Positions 1 through 17,026 of a stretch of DNA of 64,000 nucleotides are shown piece after piece. The number at the start of each line of letters is the position of its first letter. Within the stretch, counting starts at the first letter, position 1. The DNA comes from Paramecium tetraurelia (lineage: Eukaryota). A program made the translations under genes and the position numbers. The DNA is taken from assembly GCA_000165425.1 (NCBI GenBank), contig CT867999.1, positions 1 through 64,000 on the forward strand, written 5' to 3'. The notes below the pieces were generated by a model. It saw only the letters and a list, made by a program, of their open reading frames with translations, was not told the DNA's origin and searched no databases.

Positions 1-1660
1 AAGCCCAGCCTAGGAATGACTTTTTAGTTTGGGTCTTTTTTAAAGAGTACCTTTCGCCATGCATAGTGATATTATGAATGAAAGGTGATTAAAAAGCTAA
101 ATTGTTTTGGAGAAAAATTAAGGAAGATGAGAACTTAGTGTTATGGTAAAGAATAATATCAAACTTTGAAATAGGAAACCAAAGGATTAGCTAATATCAA
201 TAGAGATGATACCATGATTTGCCCCATTTGCACACCAGCTGAAGGGATATATATAAACTCTCCTGCCCATCGAGTTTAGACCTCGAACTTCCCAAGGGCC
301 GTCCATAATGACACATATATTCAACATCTAAATATTATTATTATTTTAAATTTTTTGTAGGAAATATAAATTAGTTTATTTTAGATGGAATTAATCTTAG
401 TTGAAAAAAGAAAATCCATAAAAATTATTGAACCAAAAATTTGTTAACACTATCTATAATAGCTCAATTCAACATATTAAATTTTTTGCAAAATAATTTT
501 GACTATAGATTTAATTAACAAATTCCAGTACAGCCTTATGAAAAAGTCATTTCAATTTTAAAGATACTTATATAAAACTGAGTTGAAAGAATTATGAATA
601 TATTTATAAAATTAGTCTATCTGATTAATCAAATAAAATGTAATAATTTATATGACAAATTAAATGCAAAAAATGAAAATGAAAATGGCATAATAGTATT
701 AAGTTTATTTAGTATATAAATCATATATATGAAATTTTTTTAAGATAATTTACATCTTTTTAGACTTTAATTCAGATTAAATACCGTATTTCAACTTTAA
801 ATTGTGAAATCAAATAGTTTAAAGCTTATAAAGGATTCTAATCTTTAAACCTAGTTTAAGATTTTTTTTAAATATCCTAATCTTCATCCCAATAATCTCT
901 TAATCATTATTTCAAGATGCAACTATATCCCGCTCCCTGCAAACACAGGTTCTATTAGTTGTACTATATCTTCCTTTGATTCCAAAAGATTCCTATTTGG
1001 GTCTACTTGATTTTTCTCCTACTTCCTTCAATTATCAGCATTTTTTCAATCCTTCTCTCCTTCTTTATCAAAACTTCCACTCTTATTTTCATATACAGGC
1101 ACGGATCTACCTTTTGATTCCTCTTAGTATTGGGGCATTGATATTTAAACTTAAAAATCAAAAGGGATAATAAGACTTTCATTTTCCATTATGTCTATCT
1201 TTCTTAATTTAACGGTGGCCCAGTTTTATCAACCTGATGTCCAAATTGCCTAATACTAGGTCCAACCAAAACTTGAAGTCACTCTCTTCTATTTAATAAC
1301 AAAATTAAATAGAATTTCCAAACTTCAGTAGACCAAAGATTTAAAAATTAAAAAATTAGTTTCATAACAATTTAAGTTTGAATTTTTGAATAAAATGAAT
1401 CGCCATAAACTAATTGAAAAATTATGAAATTAAAATGGATAATCTAAATGTTTCTTCCAATGTTAATTAGCTTGGTTGGAAAAGAAATTTGTAATTCAAT
1501 CATTCAGTTAAGAATTAATGAAATACGGAATACAGAATTGTTACCAAATCTATCTCATTTTTATGAATAGTAAGTTTTTGCTAAAGGATACAAATTTAGA
1601 AAACTTTCTTTATGTACCAAATCTTAAATATACCTTTATTCAAATAAATATTGATAATAA

Positions 1661-5761
<4,101 letters not shown>

Positions 5762-6166
5762 TTAAATATTAAAAATTCTATAAATTATTATGAATTAAAA
5801 AACTCTTCTGCAAACATCAATTTAGTTATTAAAAGAATAATCATAAATGGTACTCTTTATTTATACCTACTTATAAACAAGAAGATACAACTAAAAATAA
5901 TGAAGACATATGAGAAAATGTTGTTTTATTATAAATAGTTTCAAATTTTCAAAGTTATAGAATTAGATATTATAAATACCTATTTATTAATTAATTAAAA
6001 ATCAAGGTTGACTTTTGCAAAAGGTAGCCATCAATTTTGAAAACTTTATCAATCTTAGAATAAATTAGAAATAACTTTATTATTCAGTTAATAATAGTTC
6101 TATTTGTTAAAAGGAAATAAATCTTGATCTCTGAAAATTTTTCTTGATAAATTATAATTTTAGAAA

Positions 6167-7734
6167 TGTGTCACTTATTGATTTAATTCAAAATTTTTGA
6201 AGATGCTCATTTAGAACTTATCAGTTCAATTTGATGAATTTCTGAATTAAAACAAATAGTAATCAAGATAGCCCAAAAAGTAATAAAATACTAAACTTAA
6301 AAAATTCTTCATAAAATGGTTTAATCGAAGAAGAAAAATGATAACGATATTCTCAAATTAAAAAAGCTGATAATTTAGGTCTCTTATTAAATTGGAGCAG
6401 CAGAACATAATTACTATAAATTATATTAAAACGAATCCCAGGGTTTTGAATTAAAGTTTGATTTAAGATAAAATTATTCTAGCCATGCTTAATTTATCAA
6501 ATGGATATTCTAGGATATTAATTAAAACTGATATTTTTCAATTCAAAACGAAAGATATATACACATGAATGAAATTCTTAAGATCCATGGATATAGCGAT
6601 GAAATATATCGATTAAGAGGTATTTTTCTAATTATATCCCTACCAGTTAATATATCTGAAGAAATAAATTATTGATAAAAATTGCATGGGTTGCCATATA
6701 ATAAAATAGAATCAAACAGCTTCAAAATAAAAAATAGCTCATTGTAATTATCAATCATTATCTAACTATAAGTTATGCGGAATTTTCTATTCTTTAGCAA
6801 TAAATAGCACTTCTACTTTGCTTGTTGCTGCTATAGATTGTGAAATACTAATTTTTTACTTTAAAATGGGAAATTTAAAATAACTTTAAGTAATTCAGCT
6901 CCAAGCTTACAATATCTATCTGCTTACATTTTTTAAATAGAAGTCATTTTTTATCTCAGCCTAAAGCGACTCTTCACTAGCAATTTGGAATTCTGATCTC
7001 ATTTCTAAACCTAATTATATTTGCAAATTATTTGGACATTCTAAAGAAATCCTTTGCATAGCTTTTCATCCTCTAATTGAAGACCTGATAGTTACAGTTC
7101 ACATGATGGCTTAATAAAATTTTGGTCAATCCAACAGCGGTGGTATTGTAAATAGACAATTTCTAAACATACTGATTCAGCAACCTCTTTAACATTTAAC
7201 TCAATTGGAAACTAATTAATCTCTTGTGGCAATGATAAATCAATCTTGATTATAGAAGAATCAAATTAGATGCTATGGTAAATTAAATAACATATTCAAT
7301 TGCCAAATTATGGATTTCGATCTTCGTATATATCAGATAATATGTTTATATTTCACCCGAATACTCATGAAGATGATGTCCATCTTCAGATTTACAAGTT
7401 TAATCCTTCTCAGCAAGAATATGAAGAATTCTTCTCAGTTCCTATTAAAGGAAAGAAATAATTTTGCTATCATTACTTTCCTTGTATTTACAATAATTCA
7501 AAGTATATATTTGTTACGAAAAATGGATGCTTTGTAAATATACTAACTATCATCCCTTCTACAAATAAGAGCAGGTTTTATTTTTAATTGGATTAAACTA
7601 TAGAATTTGAGAATAAATATATTAATGGAATTTTGAGTGATGATGGAGAATTTTTGATAATTTTGGATGAAGAATCAGAATTATTGCAAATAAAATAACT
7701 ATAATAATTTATCTAATCTAACTTTTTATCATGA
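6167..7734 (+). pseudogene. WD40-repeat protein, frameshifted or decayed
   Basis: WD40-like segments (LFGHSKEILCIAFHP...DGLIKFW; KHTDSATSLTFNSIGNQLISCGNDKSILI; GILSDDGEFLIILD) lie in different frames. The 5' boundary is approximate. Confidence 0.7.
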
Positions 7735-8014
7735 TTGTTAATAAAATAATTTAAATATATTATACATATTTGTTATTTTCTAAAGTTAGATACTAATGAG
7801 AAAAGTCGAGAATAGAAGACAATGAAGTTTATAATCAAACATAAGTTTCAAATTCAATTCAACCACTTATCTGCAAGGAATTAGCTGATGCTTATAATAA
7901 TTAATCATAAATATGGGATGAAATAGAACAAAAATAAACCGATTTATCAATTTAATAAATTGATATTTTAAATTATTATTTTGATGTTTAATATCAATAC
8001 ACTGCTAAAATTTA

Positions 8015-11000
8015 TCAAATTAATGATTTTTAAAGGTTTTAGGAATTCGCATATAATTTTTTTAAGTACTTTTCATCCATAATAGTATCAATTATTTGAT
8101 CCAGAATTTTTAGATTGATTTAAAAATTACTGTAATGCTATAATGGATATGGACCTTTGACGGGCTAATCACCTATTCTATTTGTGTATAAGGTATTTGG
8201 CAATTATATATAGGAAGGTGATAGCATCAATATTAGATAACTATTTTCGACATTTAAAAAGATACACTTACTCTAATGTTTGTTGATGCTATGCCTTTAA
8301 AGATTTCCTAATCGTTTCTTAAATTAAATTCTATATAATTACTTGATTAAATTTTCCACAATATTAAAGGCAAATTTTCTTAAAACATATTAAACAAATA
8401 CATTGCCCTGAAAAAATGGTTTCCACTTTAGTATTTAGTATTGAGCATTTCTTATTTTAACATTTCGTTAAGAAATGCTTTGCAAAAAATTCGCTAAAAT
8501 TAATTGATAAGTAATTAATCATTTCCTATTTAAATGTATCCTTAATTTTTTAAATATCATAAGGCATAACTATATTATTACAAGTTAAATTGACTTTCCC
8601 ATCTGTCCAAAATTCAACACATGGCTTTAGCAAAATAAGTATGCTGNNNNNNNNNNNNNNNNNNNNNNNNNNNNNNNNNNNNNNNNNNNNNNNNNNNNNN
8701 NNNNNNNNNNNNNNNNNNNNNNNNNNNNAAGATAGAGCTAGGCAAATTTTATAACTTTAAATAAGGCTTCATTTTCACTTGTTTATATATTGTCAATCAA
8801 TCTATTATTCAAATTTTGATATACTAATCTCATCAGAGTTACTACCTTCTATAAAAATTAATGTTGGCTCTTTTCAATAAATGTTTTTATGTCACTTAAT
8901 ATTTAAAATATTAAATTGCATAAAATTTAAGATAATATTTCATCTAGAAATGAGTAAAGGTTAAATTCTGTATCCATATAATGTTTCTCAAGAATTTACT
9001 AATTATGAGAGGAAAGCGATTCTATGAAGGCTTCTAAAGGTAGTTCAAATTGTACTATTTCAATATTCTAAATTTATTAAGGATCAGGTAGAATGAAATT
9101 ATAAGGAGAATAACATAATGGGCATTAATAATATTCATCCTTTTGCTTTTAATCAAACATTTATTTTTCTAAGCATTTCAAATGGAAGATATGATTACAA
9201 TTAGAAACGCTGACAGATAAGATATCCATATGTGTCTTAGATGATACTTCTATAATTTTTAATTGTGACAATATGTTTGAGTACTAGATTAATATAGGCT
9301 AATAATGAAGATCATTATTTTCAAATGCTAGCTTACATAATAAACAAATTTCATCTGAATCTTTTGAAAAATCTTCATTTGTAATATTGTTTTAGAAATT
9401 GTCTACCATTAGATTGAATTTTTTTTTTAATTATTCTTTATTATTTTAGTGATTTTATTTGGATTTATTTTCTGTTACCTATTACTCTTTTTAGTTCAAA
9501 TTCTGAGTGACGCTTTAGTTTTGAAATCTTGAACAATAAACTTGGAAAAATTACTTTTATGTGTGATTTACTTTATCCAACAGAATAAAAACTTAACTAT
9601 AATGCTAAATTTTATCTACTAGATGCTATATTTTGGCATTATTAGAACTAAACATTTAATCAGATAAATATAATAAATTAATGTAAATAGCATTCTCTTA
9701 TAAAATTTTTAATGATGCATCTAGTTATTTAATAAAACCTGTGTTGGATTATAAAGTATTCTCTAAATCTTTTAGAATTATTTCCAGTAAGTATTAATTC
9801 TAATCTTAAGAAATTGCTTTTAGAATTTCATATCTAATATTAGTCAGTGTTGATTTTGGTGTACCATAATATTTCAGTTCGTATTCTAATGATGATCCAA
9901 ATAACTCAACAAATTTATCATTCTACATTTGCAATTAATCATTAATCTTCTCCTTGATATTTTCATTATAAGCAGCATATATTGGTTCATAAATATGCAA
10001 TTTTAATTCCTTTTTCAACTAAAGCTATCCATTATCCTAGTTAATTTCACAAGAACTCAAAATTAAGGTTTCTAAGTCTATTTTATTTTCATATCTGAAT
10101 TCTTTAAGAAGAGTCCTCATTTCATTTAAGTTATAAAATGTTTAAGTGTAAAACACTGTTTAAAATAATTTAGCCAAACCTTTCTAAAATTATTCATTAA
10201 ATTAATTTCCAGTAATGCTTCCAACACATTAAATATAGTCGTAATCTGTTTAAGCAATTTTGCAAATTAAGAAAGATAAATTTATTTTCTATTTTAGATG
10301 TTGTTATATTTCAATGCAACCTTAAATAATGTGATTTATTCCCTAATCTTGAAACATAAAAGCATAGAGTTGTATGTATGTAACATCTACTTATTGAAGC
10401 GATACCTCATTTTCTAAATTTTTCCAATAGTCCTAATCTCCCTTATAATATTCAAAGCTTTCAGGAGATTAAAAAATTATATAATTTAACAAAGTCCGTT
10501 TTAATATTTGATGCATTATTTAATTGAACTAGGACTTAGCTAATCCACTCAACTCTAGGACATTATTATATGCATCTTATGAATTCGAATAATTAAGTAA
10601 ATATATTGCCAATACAATAATAAAATTTCGATCATTCAAGACATAATTAAATGCTATCAATTGTATTGGACATGAGTTTTTTAATACAAAAGAACTTACT
10701 AAATTATTAAGGAAATAATTCAAAATTATTCTCAAAATATTCTAAACATCGAAGGAATGTAAATGATCAAATGTTAATAGAATTGATTTTAAATCATATC
10801 TAAAAGAGGATAACATTTTTTAAGATATAATTAATGAGTAATTAAGACACATTTCTTTTTATTGAATATCTGAGGGATAATATAAAACACAGCTTTTCAA
10901 TTGCTAACATGGGTGTCTCCTTGTTAATGAATAAATTAATAAAGATTCATTTAATAGTTTCTAAAATGCATTTGAATTTGGATTTAATAATTAAAATTTA

Positions 11001-12400
11001 AAAGCACTAAAGTCTTCTTCGAGAATCTCTTGAATTTAATTAATTTGCCCATTGATGGCTTTTTTACATTTAGCCATTAACTCTATTCCATAACTATAAG
11101 AGCTGCATATCTTTAGTGATTCAAATTCAATCAAAGGTCTAAATTAATAATAATAATTACATTTCTAATATCAAATCTGAGACTATTTTAAATAGTTAAT
11201 AGTGTACAGGGCTTTGGACTGTTTTGTATAACCTCAACATTTCGATATAACCTCTTTGCATAAATAAAAAAAATTTTTGAATAATTGCTCCTTATATAAG
11301 AGAATTCTTAGATTTTATTTCTTCAATTTAGCTACAAGCAAGTATTTTTTCTACCAAAACAGCTAATTTTTAATCTTTAGTATCCTTATATATCTGAAAT
11401 GTCAATTCTTTATTCTTATTAGTAATTAATTCGTATGAACAAACTAGAGCATAAAAGTTCTTAAAATTTTAAATTACGCAAGTTGAAAGGCGAGTTCTGA
11501 AATCTTCATCTTAAAAGAAAAGAGGAAAAAATGTTGAAATATCCTATTCAAATTTAAGACAGCCTTCTAAACGGGCATTATTTTAAAGATATTACTCCAA
11601 GAGTGATGTTGATTTAAATTATTGTTTGTTGATTAAAATTTGAAATTCTTGTTTTAAAATTTTGCCTGTTAAATAGCCCCATATTATATTATCATTTGTT
11701 ATTATTTACAAAGTTCTAAATATTAAACTGTGAATTTTTTTAGCTTCACTAATAGAATCTTTAATAGAGACAAAATAAATATTATTAGAATTAAAATAAA
11801 TGTCCAAAATTTCATTTTTTAAATGTTTTATTATGTTTTCTATATTCTCCAAAAGATCATCAGGATAATCAATAAATTACGCTAATTTTTTATAGAATAA
11901 TCCAAAAGCATCCAATAGAAATTTTTCATATTTTTTAAAAACTGGATTTTCTATGATTATATTTTTTTTTACTTTCTATTTATTTATTTTCGACCTTCAT
12001 CTCTTTCTAAAGATGTTTTGGGCACATCGAGTTCCTATCAAGCATAAATGTATCACCGCAATCACAATATCCTTGCATTAAAGATGACATTTACACTATT
12101 TGAACAGCATGATCTTTAATATTTTTGGAACATACTTTTATGAATTTCAGGAATAAAGCATTCCTTGCAAATTATATGGCTTGTATCTTTACTGCAATCA
12201 AAGCATTAGTAGGAAAGTTCTAATTCATTAATTCTATTTGCACATAATGATTTTGTTCCAACATCTCTAAAACATATTATTGCGCTTTAGTATTCCTCTT
12301 AGTTGATATTTAAGGCTTATAAAATTAAATCTTCATCCTTCAAATTATCACTTTCATTAGAAATTTTTAAAATATGATCTTCTGCATTACAATTATTCAT
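8015..12400 (-). CDS. UBR1/2/3-like N-recognin E3 ubiquitin ligase (UBR box + RING-H2 + C-terminal Cys/His domain)
   Basis: N-terminal UBR box (YQCFDC..HIICKECF..H..H..GYCDCGD..CPKH, with one 22-nt intron). RING-H2 CLLC...CNHIFHLKCL...CPLC at about 9120-9350. After the N-gap the frame gives CICLICFKKICLQYC..GNLQRH..YTNRIGD and ends at TGA 8015. Confidence 0.88.
8647..8728. other. assembly gap (N run) inside the UBR gene
   Basis: Run of N bases. Confidence 1.
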
Positions 12401-12750
12401 CTTTTTTTATTTTTGATTTCTTTAATATTATTATCATAATAATTTTATACAATGTTTTCTCAAAAGGTGTTTTATATGAATTTGATGTTCAAAGATTAAG
12501 ATAATAAAATTAAGAAGCTACAGATAAATTAATGTGAAAAGGAAAATAAAAAGATAGTAGTTATCCTTCATATTGTCAATCTTGAAAGAATGATTTAAAA
12601 ATTAATTAACTACGGTTCCTTTTATGTTGCGCGTATTTTACAACAAGGAGGGAAATATATAAAGTGCAGAATAACTGAATATATGTAAAAGATGATAATT
12701 TGAAAATGAAGGTACTTTACATTTTTAACTTATCTTAGAATATCATTTAC

Positions 12751-15700
12751 TCATTAATTCTATAATTACCCTTTAATTTAGAGCATTTAATTTCTTTTCA
12801 CAGCTTCCATAAATATTTCCTTCAATGTTTTAACCTGAGCTTCTAATATTCTTGATGTGCAACAATCTAAATAATTTAAAATGACTAATGCGTCTAAAGT
12901 TCCACTTTTCCAATTGATGTTATTTTCTTCCGAATGTTCTTCTAATTGGCATAGCTTCTCTACGAATTAGTTGAAATGTTGATTGTGTTGGTCTTTAAAG
13001 CTATTTTATTGTTATTTTGCAAGTTGAATAGATGCTATTTTTACTTCTTTTTCTAAATCTAAGTGATTAAAAATATTAAGAAATTTTAAGATATTATTTA
13101 ATTTAACCGACCTTTCCTCTAGCTTTTTTGGCTTATGACATTCAATATCATAGTCAAGTGCTAAATTGATAAGTTCAAATGCTTTTTGATTCATTAATCG
13201 AATTCCGTCAAAATTTGATTGATCCGTATATATTTTTTGAACTATCTCCATAACTTGTTAATCTCTACTCTCATTAATGCTTTCTGTATTCGGCAAATAT
13301 ATTTCATAAAAAATCTATTGAATAGCTGCGCAAATAATAATATAAATGCTAATGGATTGCTTTATAATAGATGGATTGCTCTTCTTAAAATTCTAATAGT
13401 TCAGACATAATTTTATTTATTTGACCATTATCCTTTTATAATTATTTATTTCTTAATTATTATTATTATACTATTTAATGTAATGAAGGCAATTCTTGTT
13501 TGAGTTTTATAATTTTTTCTTGAATTTATTTTAATTCTTCTGTTTTTTGCGATATCTCTAATGACTCTGATTAATCCATTAATTATGTTACTTAGAGCTC
13601 TTTCTCAATCATACTTACACTCTCTTAAATTTTTTCTAAGATTTATTAATCCTACAAAGGTTGCGCTAAGGATGAAATTTCTAATCTTAATAATTTAATA
13701 TTATTTTCAATTTCTTAGATATCCATTATATGTTCTACAGATTAATTTTTTTATTTTGTAATCTGACAAAAATCTGTGCTATTTGGTTAGTTTTGTTATA
13801 AAGAATAAAGTTATTCTAAAACTTAAGATATAAAAGGATTATCTGGTTACAAATGATTTGCTCTAAGATAATCACTAAGTCCAAAGTTATATTAACCCCT
13901 ATTGATATATATTACTCCTGTTTGATATTTAATATTTATTACCTCTATTACAATAAGACCTAACGTCATTTGGATCCAATTTAATAGCCATACTGAAATC
14001 GAGGATTGCTTACTCATTATTTCCCAATTCATGGTATAGGACACCTAAATGGAGATTACATTAATTACCTCTATTATAATAATTAATAGCTTTCAATGGA
14101 TCTAATTAAATAGCCAGGCTATAATCATCAAGCGCAAATTATTTATTTCCAATTTCGAAATAAATAGATCCTATTCAGATAAATAGATTGATTACCCCTG
14201 CTCATATAGGCAAGAGCATACTTAGAATCCAATTGAATGGAAATTGATAAATCTAAAAGTGCTTATTCTTTATTTCCCAAACTTTCATAAAGTACCCCTA
14301 ATTGAAATATCATATTTATAACCTCTTTTATAATAAAATTTAGAATTTTTTGAATCCAAAAAAATTGCATTGTTATAATCTACAAGTGCAAATTCTTTTT
14401 TCCCCAATTCATCATATAATAATCCTACTCATTTATAAGTAATGCTACCTCTATTAATATAAGCAAAACTATTTAGAGGGTCCAGTTCAATAGATTTGTT
14501 ATAATCAATCAATGATTTTTCTTTGTTTCCCATGAAATTATTTAGAATTCCTTTTATGAACCTTAAGATACCTCTGTTGATATAGGTTATAGCTTCCATG
14601 GGATTTAAAATTAATGCCTAATTATAATCAAGAAGTGCTTTTTCTTGATTACCCATATCCTTATGTAGAATTCCTATTTTTATAATTTGTTGATTACCTC
14701 TGTTACAATAGGCTTTCTCATCATTTGGATTTAATTGAATTACTTTGTCATAATCTAAAAGTGCTAAATCTTTATTTCCCATCTCACCATACAAATTTCC
14801 TAACCCATAAATATTATTATTACCTCTGTTATAATAATATTTGGGATTCATAGGATCCAAATGAATTGCCTGAGTATAATTTAGGAGTGCCTGTTATATA
14901 TTCCCTATATCTTAATAGAGAATTCCTTTACTCTAATTAATTTATACCCCTATTATAATAAATTTTAGGATCTGTAGCATCTAATTCAATAGCTTTGTCA
15001 TAATCTAAGAGCGCCTAATCATAATTTTTCATTTCGTAATAAATAACTCCTATTCATTATAACTTATTTTTAACCTCTATTATAATAAAACATTGAGCTT
15101 GAAGGATCTAACTATATAGCTTTATTAAAATCAACGACTGCCTAATCTTTATTTCCAATATTTTTCTGAACAATTCCTATTTTATATAGATTTAAAAAAC
15201 CTCTATTACAGTAGGTTCTAGAATGGGTAGGATCCAATAGAATAACCTAGTTATAATCTAAGAGTGCCTATTCTTTATTCCCCATCTCATTATTTTGAAT
15301 TCCTTTTTATATTTATATTATTTACCTCTATGAAAATGGAATTTAGGATCCATGGGGTCCAATTCTATGGCTTTATTATAATCAAGTAGTGCTGATTCAA
15401 CATTCCCCATATCATGATTTAAAACTCCTATTCAAAATAATAAATTTATCACCTCTATTATAATAAAATTCAGCATTCTTAGGATCAATTTAAATAACAG
15501 TCGTATAATCCTTGAGTGCCTATTATTTTTAGCCTATTTGAATACATATTTCCCCTTTTTTTATATATAGATAAAGTTACCTCTCTTTATATAAGCATAA
15601 CAACATTTTTCATCCACTTCTATTGCCTTATTGTAGTATTTCAAAGCCTCATAAACCTATCCTTATTCATGCTTTAGGTTTCCTAAAGATATAAAACTCT

Positions 15701-16173
15701 TTACCTATTCTCATGTAAGCTAATCCATAATTAGGATTAATTTGTATGGCTTTTTCACAATCTTCTTATGATTCTTAAAACATTTTCTTTCTCTAAAATA
15801 CAGTGGCTGATTTAATTAAAACTATTTTACCTCGGTTGTAAAGTGTTACTTCATTCAATGACCCCAATTCAATAGCTTAATTTAAATCATTTAATGCTTA
15901 ATCATTTAAATTTTCTTTTAAGAATAACTCCCCTTAAGTTAGAAAATTAAAAGAACCTCTGATAGTTAATGCTTAGCTATTTGAAGGGAAAAGATGTAAG
16001 AAATCATTTATAATTTATAAAGCATCCTAAGTCGATTGCTCTTTTAGCTTAATCTAAGGAAAAAGAATATTATTAGAGTTTACGAGGGTTGCTTAAAATA
16101 ATTCTTAAATCTTTTGCTCTTTTATGCAATGCTTGTGTTCTCTTTATGATTATTGAGTGTTATTTGATTACAT
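12751..16173 (-). CDS. TPR-repeat protein (about 17 tandem TPRs) with coiled-coil and C-terminal domain; apparent frameshift near 13330
   Basis: Spliced repeats such as GNLYGEMGNKDLALLDYDKVIQLNPNDEKAYCNR match the 34-aa TPR consensus, with 17 phase-1 introns. The frame from the last TPR hits TGA at 13304, and a second frame is open to TGA 12751. Confidence 0.9.
13918..15956 (-). repeat. Tandem array of 102-nt TPR exons separated by 21-26-nt introns (period about 126 nt)
   Basis: Donor sites at 15956, 15830, 15704, 15580, 15452, 15325, 15200, 15074, 14947, 14823, 14697, 14571, 14448, 14322, 14195, 14068 and 13942. All 16 internal exons counted as 102 nt. Confidence 0.92.
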
Positions 16174-16876
16174 TGGGAATACTCAAATAATATATTCTTA
16201 TATATTTTAGGGTGATTTAATATCAGATATATCTTATGTTCTCTTATAAAATCAAAGTTTCTTATTTGCCCAATTGATATCAATTTATGTTTTGTTTTTA
16301 TTATCAAATTACAATTCACATAAAAAATAGAATTATTCAATTTAAGAATTTGTATCTTTGCCTTCTTTATGCATTGATTTGGGAACAGTTTAAGTTTGGA
16401 ACAGTAAATCAAAAGTAGGAAAGAGTACTCAAAGTTGAGAAACAGTCACTCACATTCATATAAAAAAACTAGTTAATTGGAAGTGTAAAGGATCGTAATT
16501 ATAAGGTGTTAGTTGATATTGAAGTTCCTTCCTTACCACCAGGTAATAAAACAGGATCAAAAAAAAAGTTGAATATCTATCGAACTCTAAACTTGTTTAA
16601 AATCCACTATTATAATTTTCAAGATCGCCCCAAAATACAATCAAATAGAGAGTTTTAGATCATAATAATAAAATTAGGACTCTTATACATAATTCTTTTA
16701 AGATTAGTAGATTAAATTTTTGAACAATCCAAGTAACTTTTTTATTTGAATTTTAGATTTGATTGATATTGTTTAATTGGAAAATAAAAATTTATTGTAG
16801 TGATATATATCTTATATATATATTTCATTTTAAATGACATACTCCAAATGCGCCCCATGTAAATAGTGGATTAGAA

Positions 16877-17026
16877 NNNNNNNNNNNNNNNNNNNNNNNN
16901 NNNNNNNNNNNNNNNNNNNNNNNNNNNNNNNNNNNNNNNNNNNNNNNNNNNNNNNNNNNNNNNNNNNNNNNNNNNNNNNNNNNNNNNNNNNNNNNNNNNN
17001 NNNNNNNNNNNNNNNNNNNNNNNNNN
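16877..17026. other. assembly gap (N run)
   Basis: Run of N bases. Confidence 1.

Noticed and set aside
13918..15956. About 126-nt periodicity as a CRISPR-like or satellite array
   Set aside because: The units translate as TPRs and the variable spacers are GT-AG introns.
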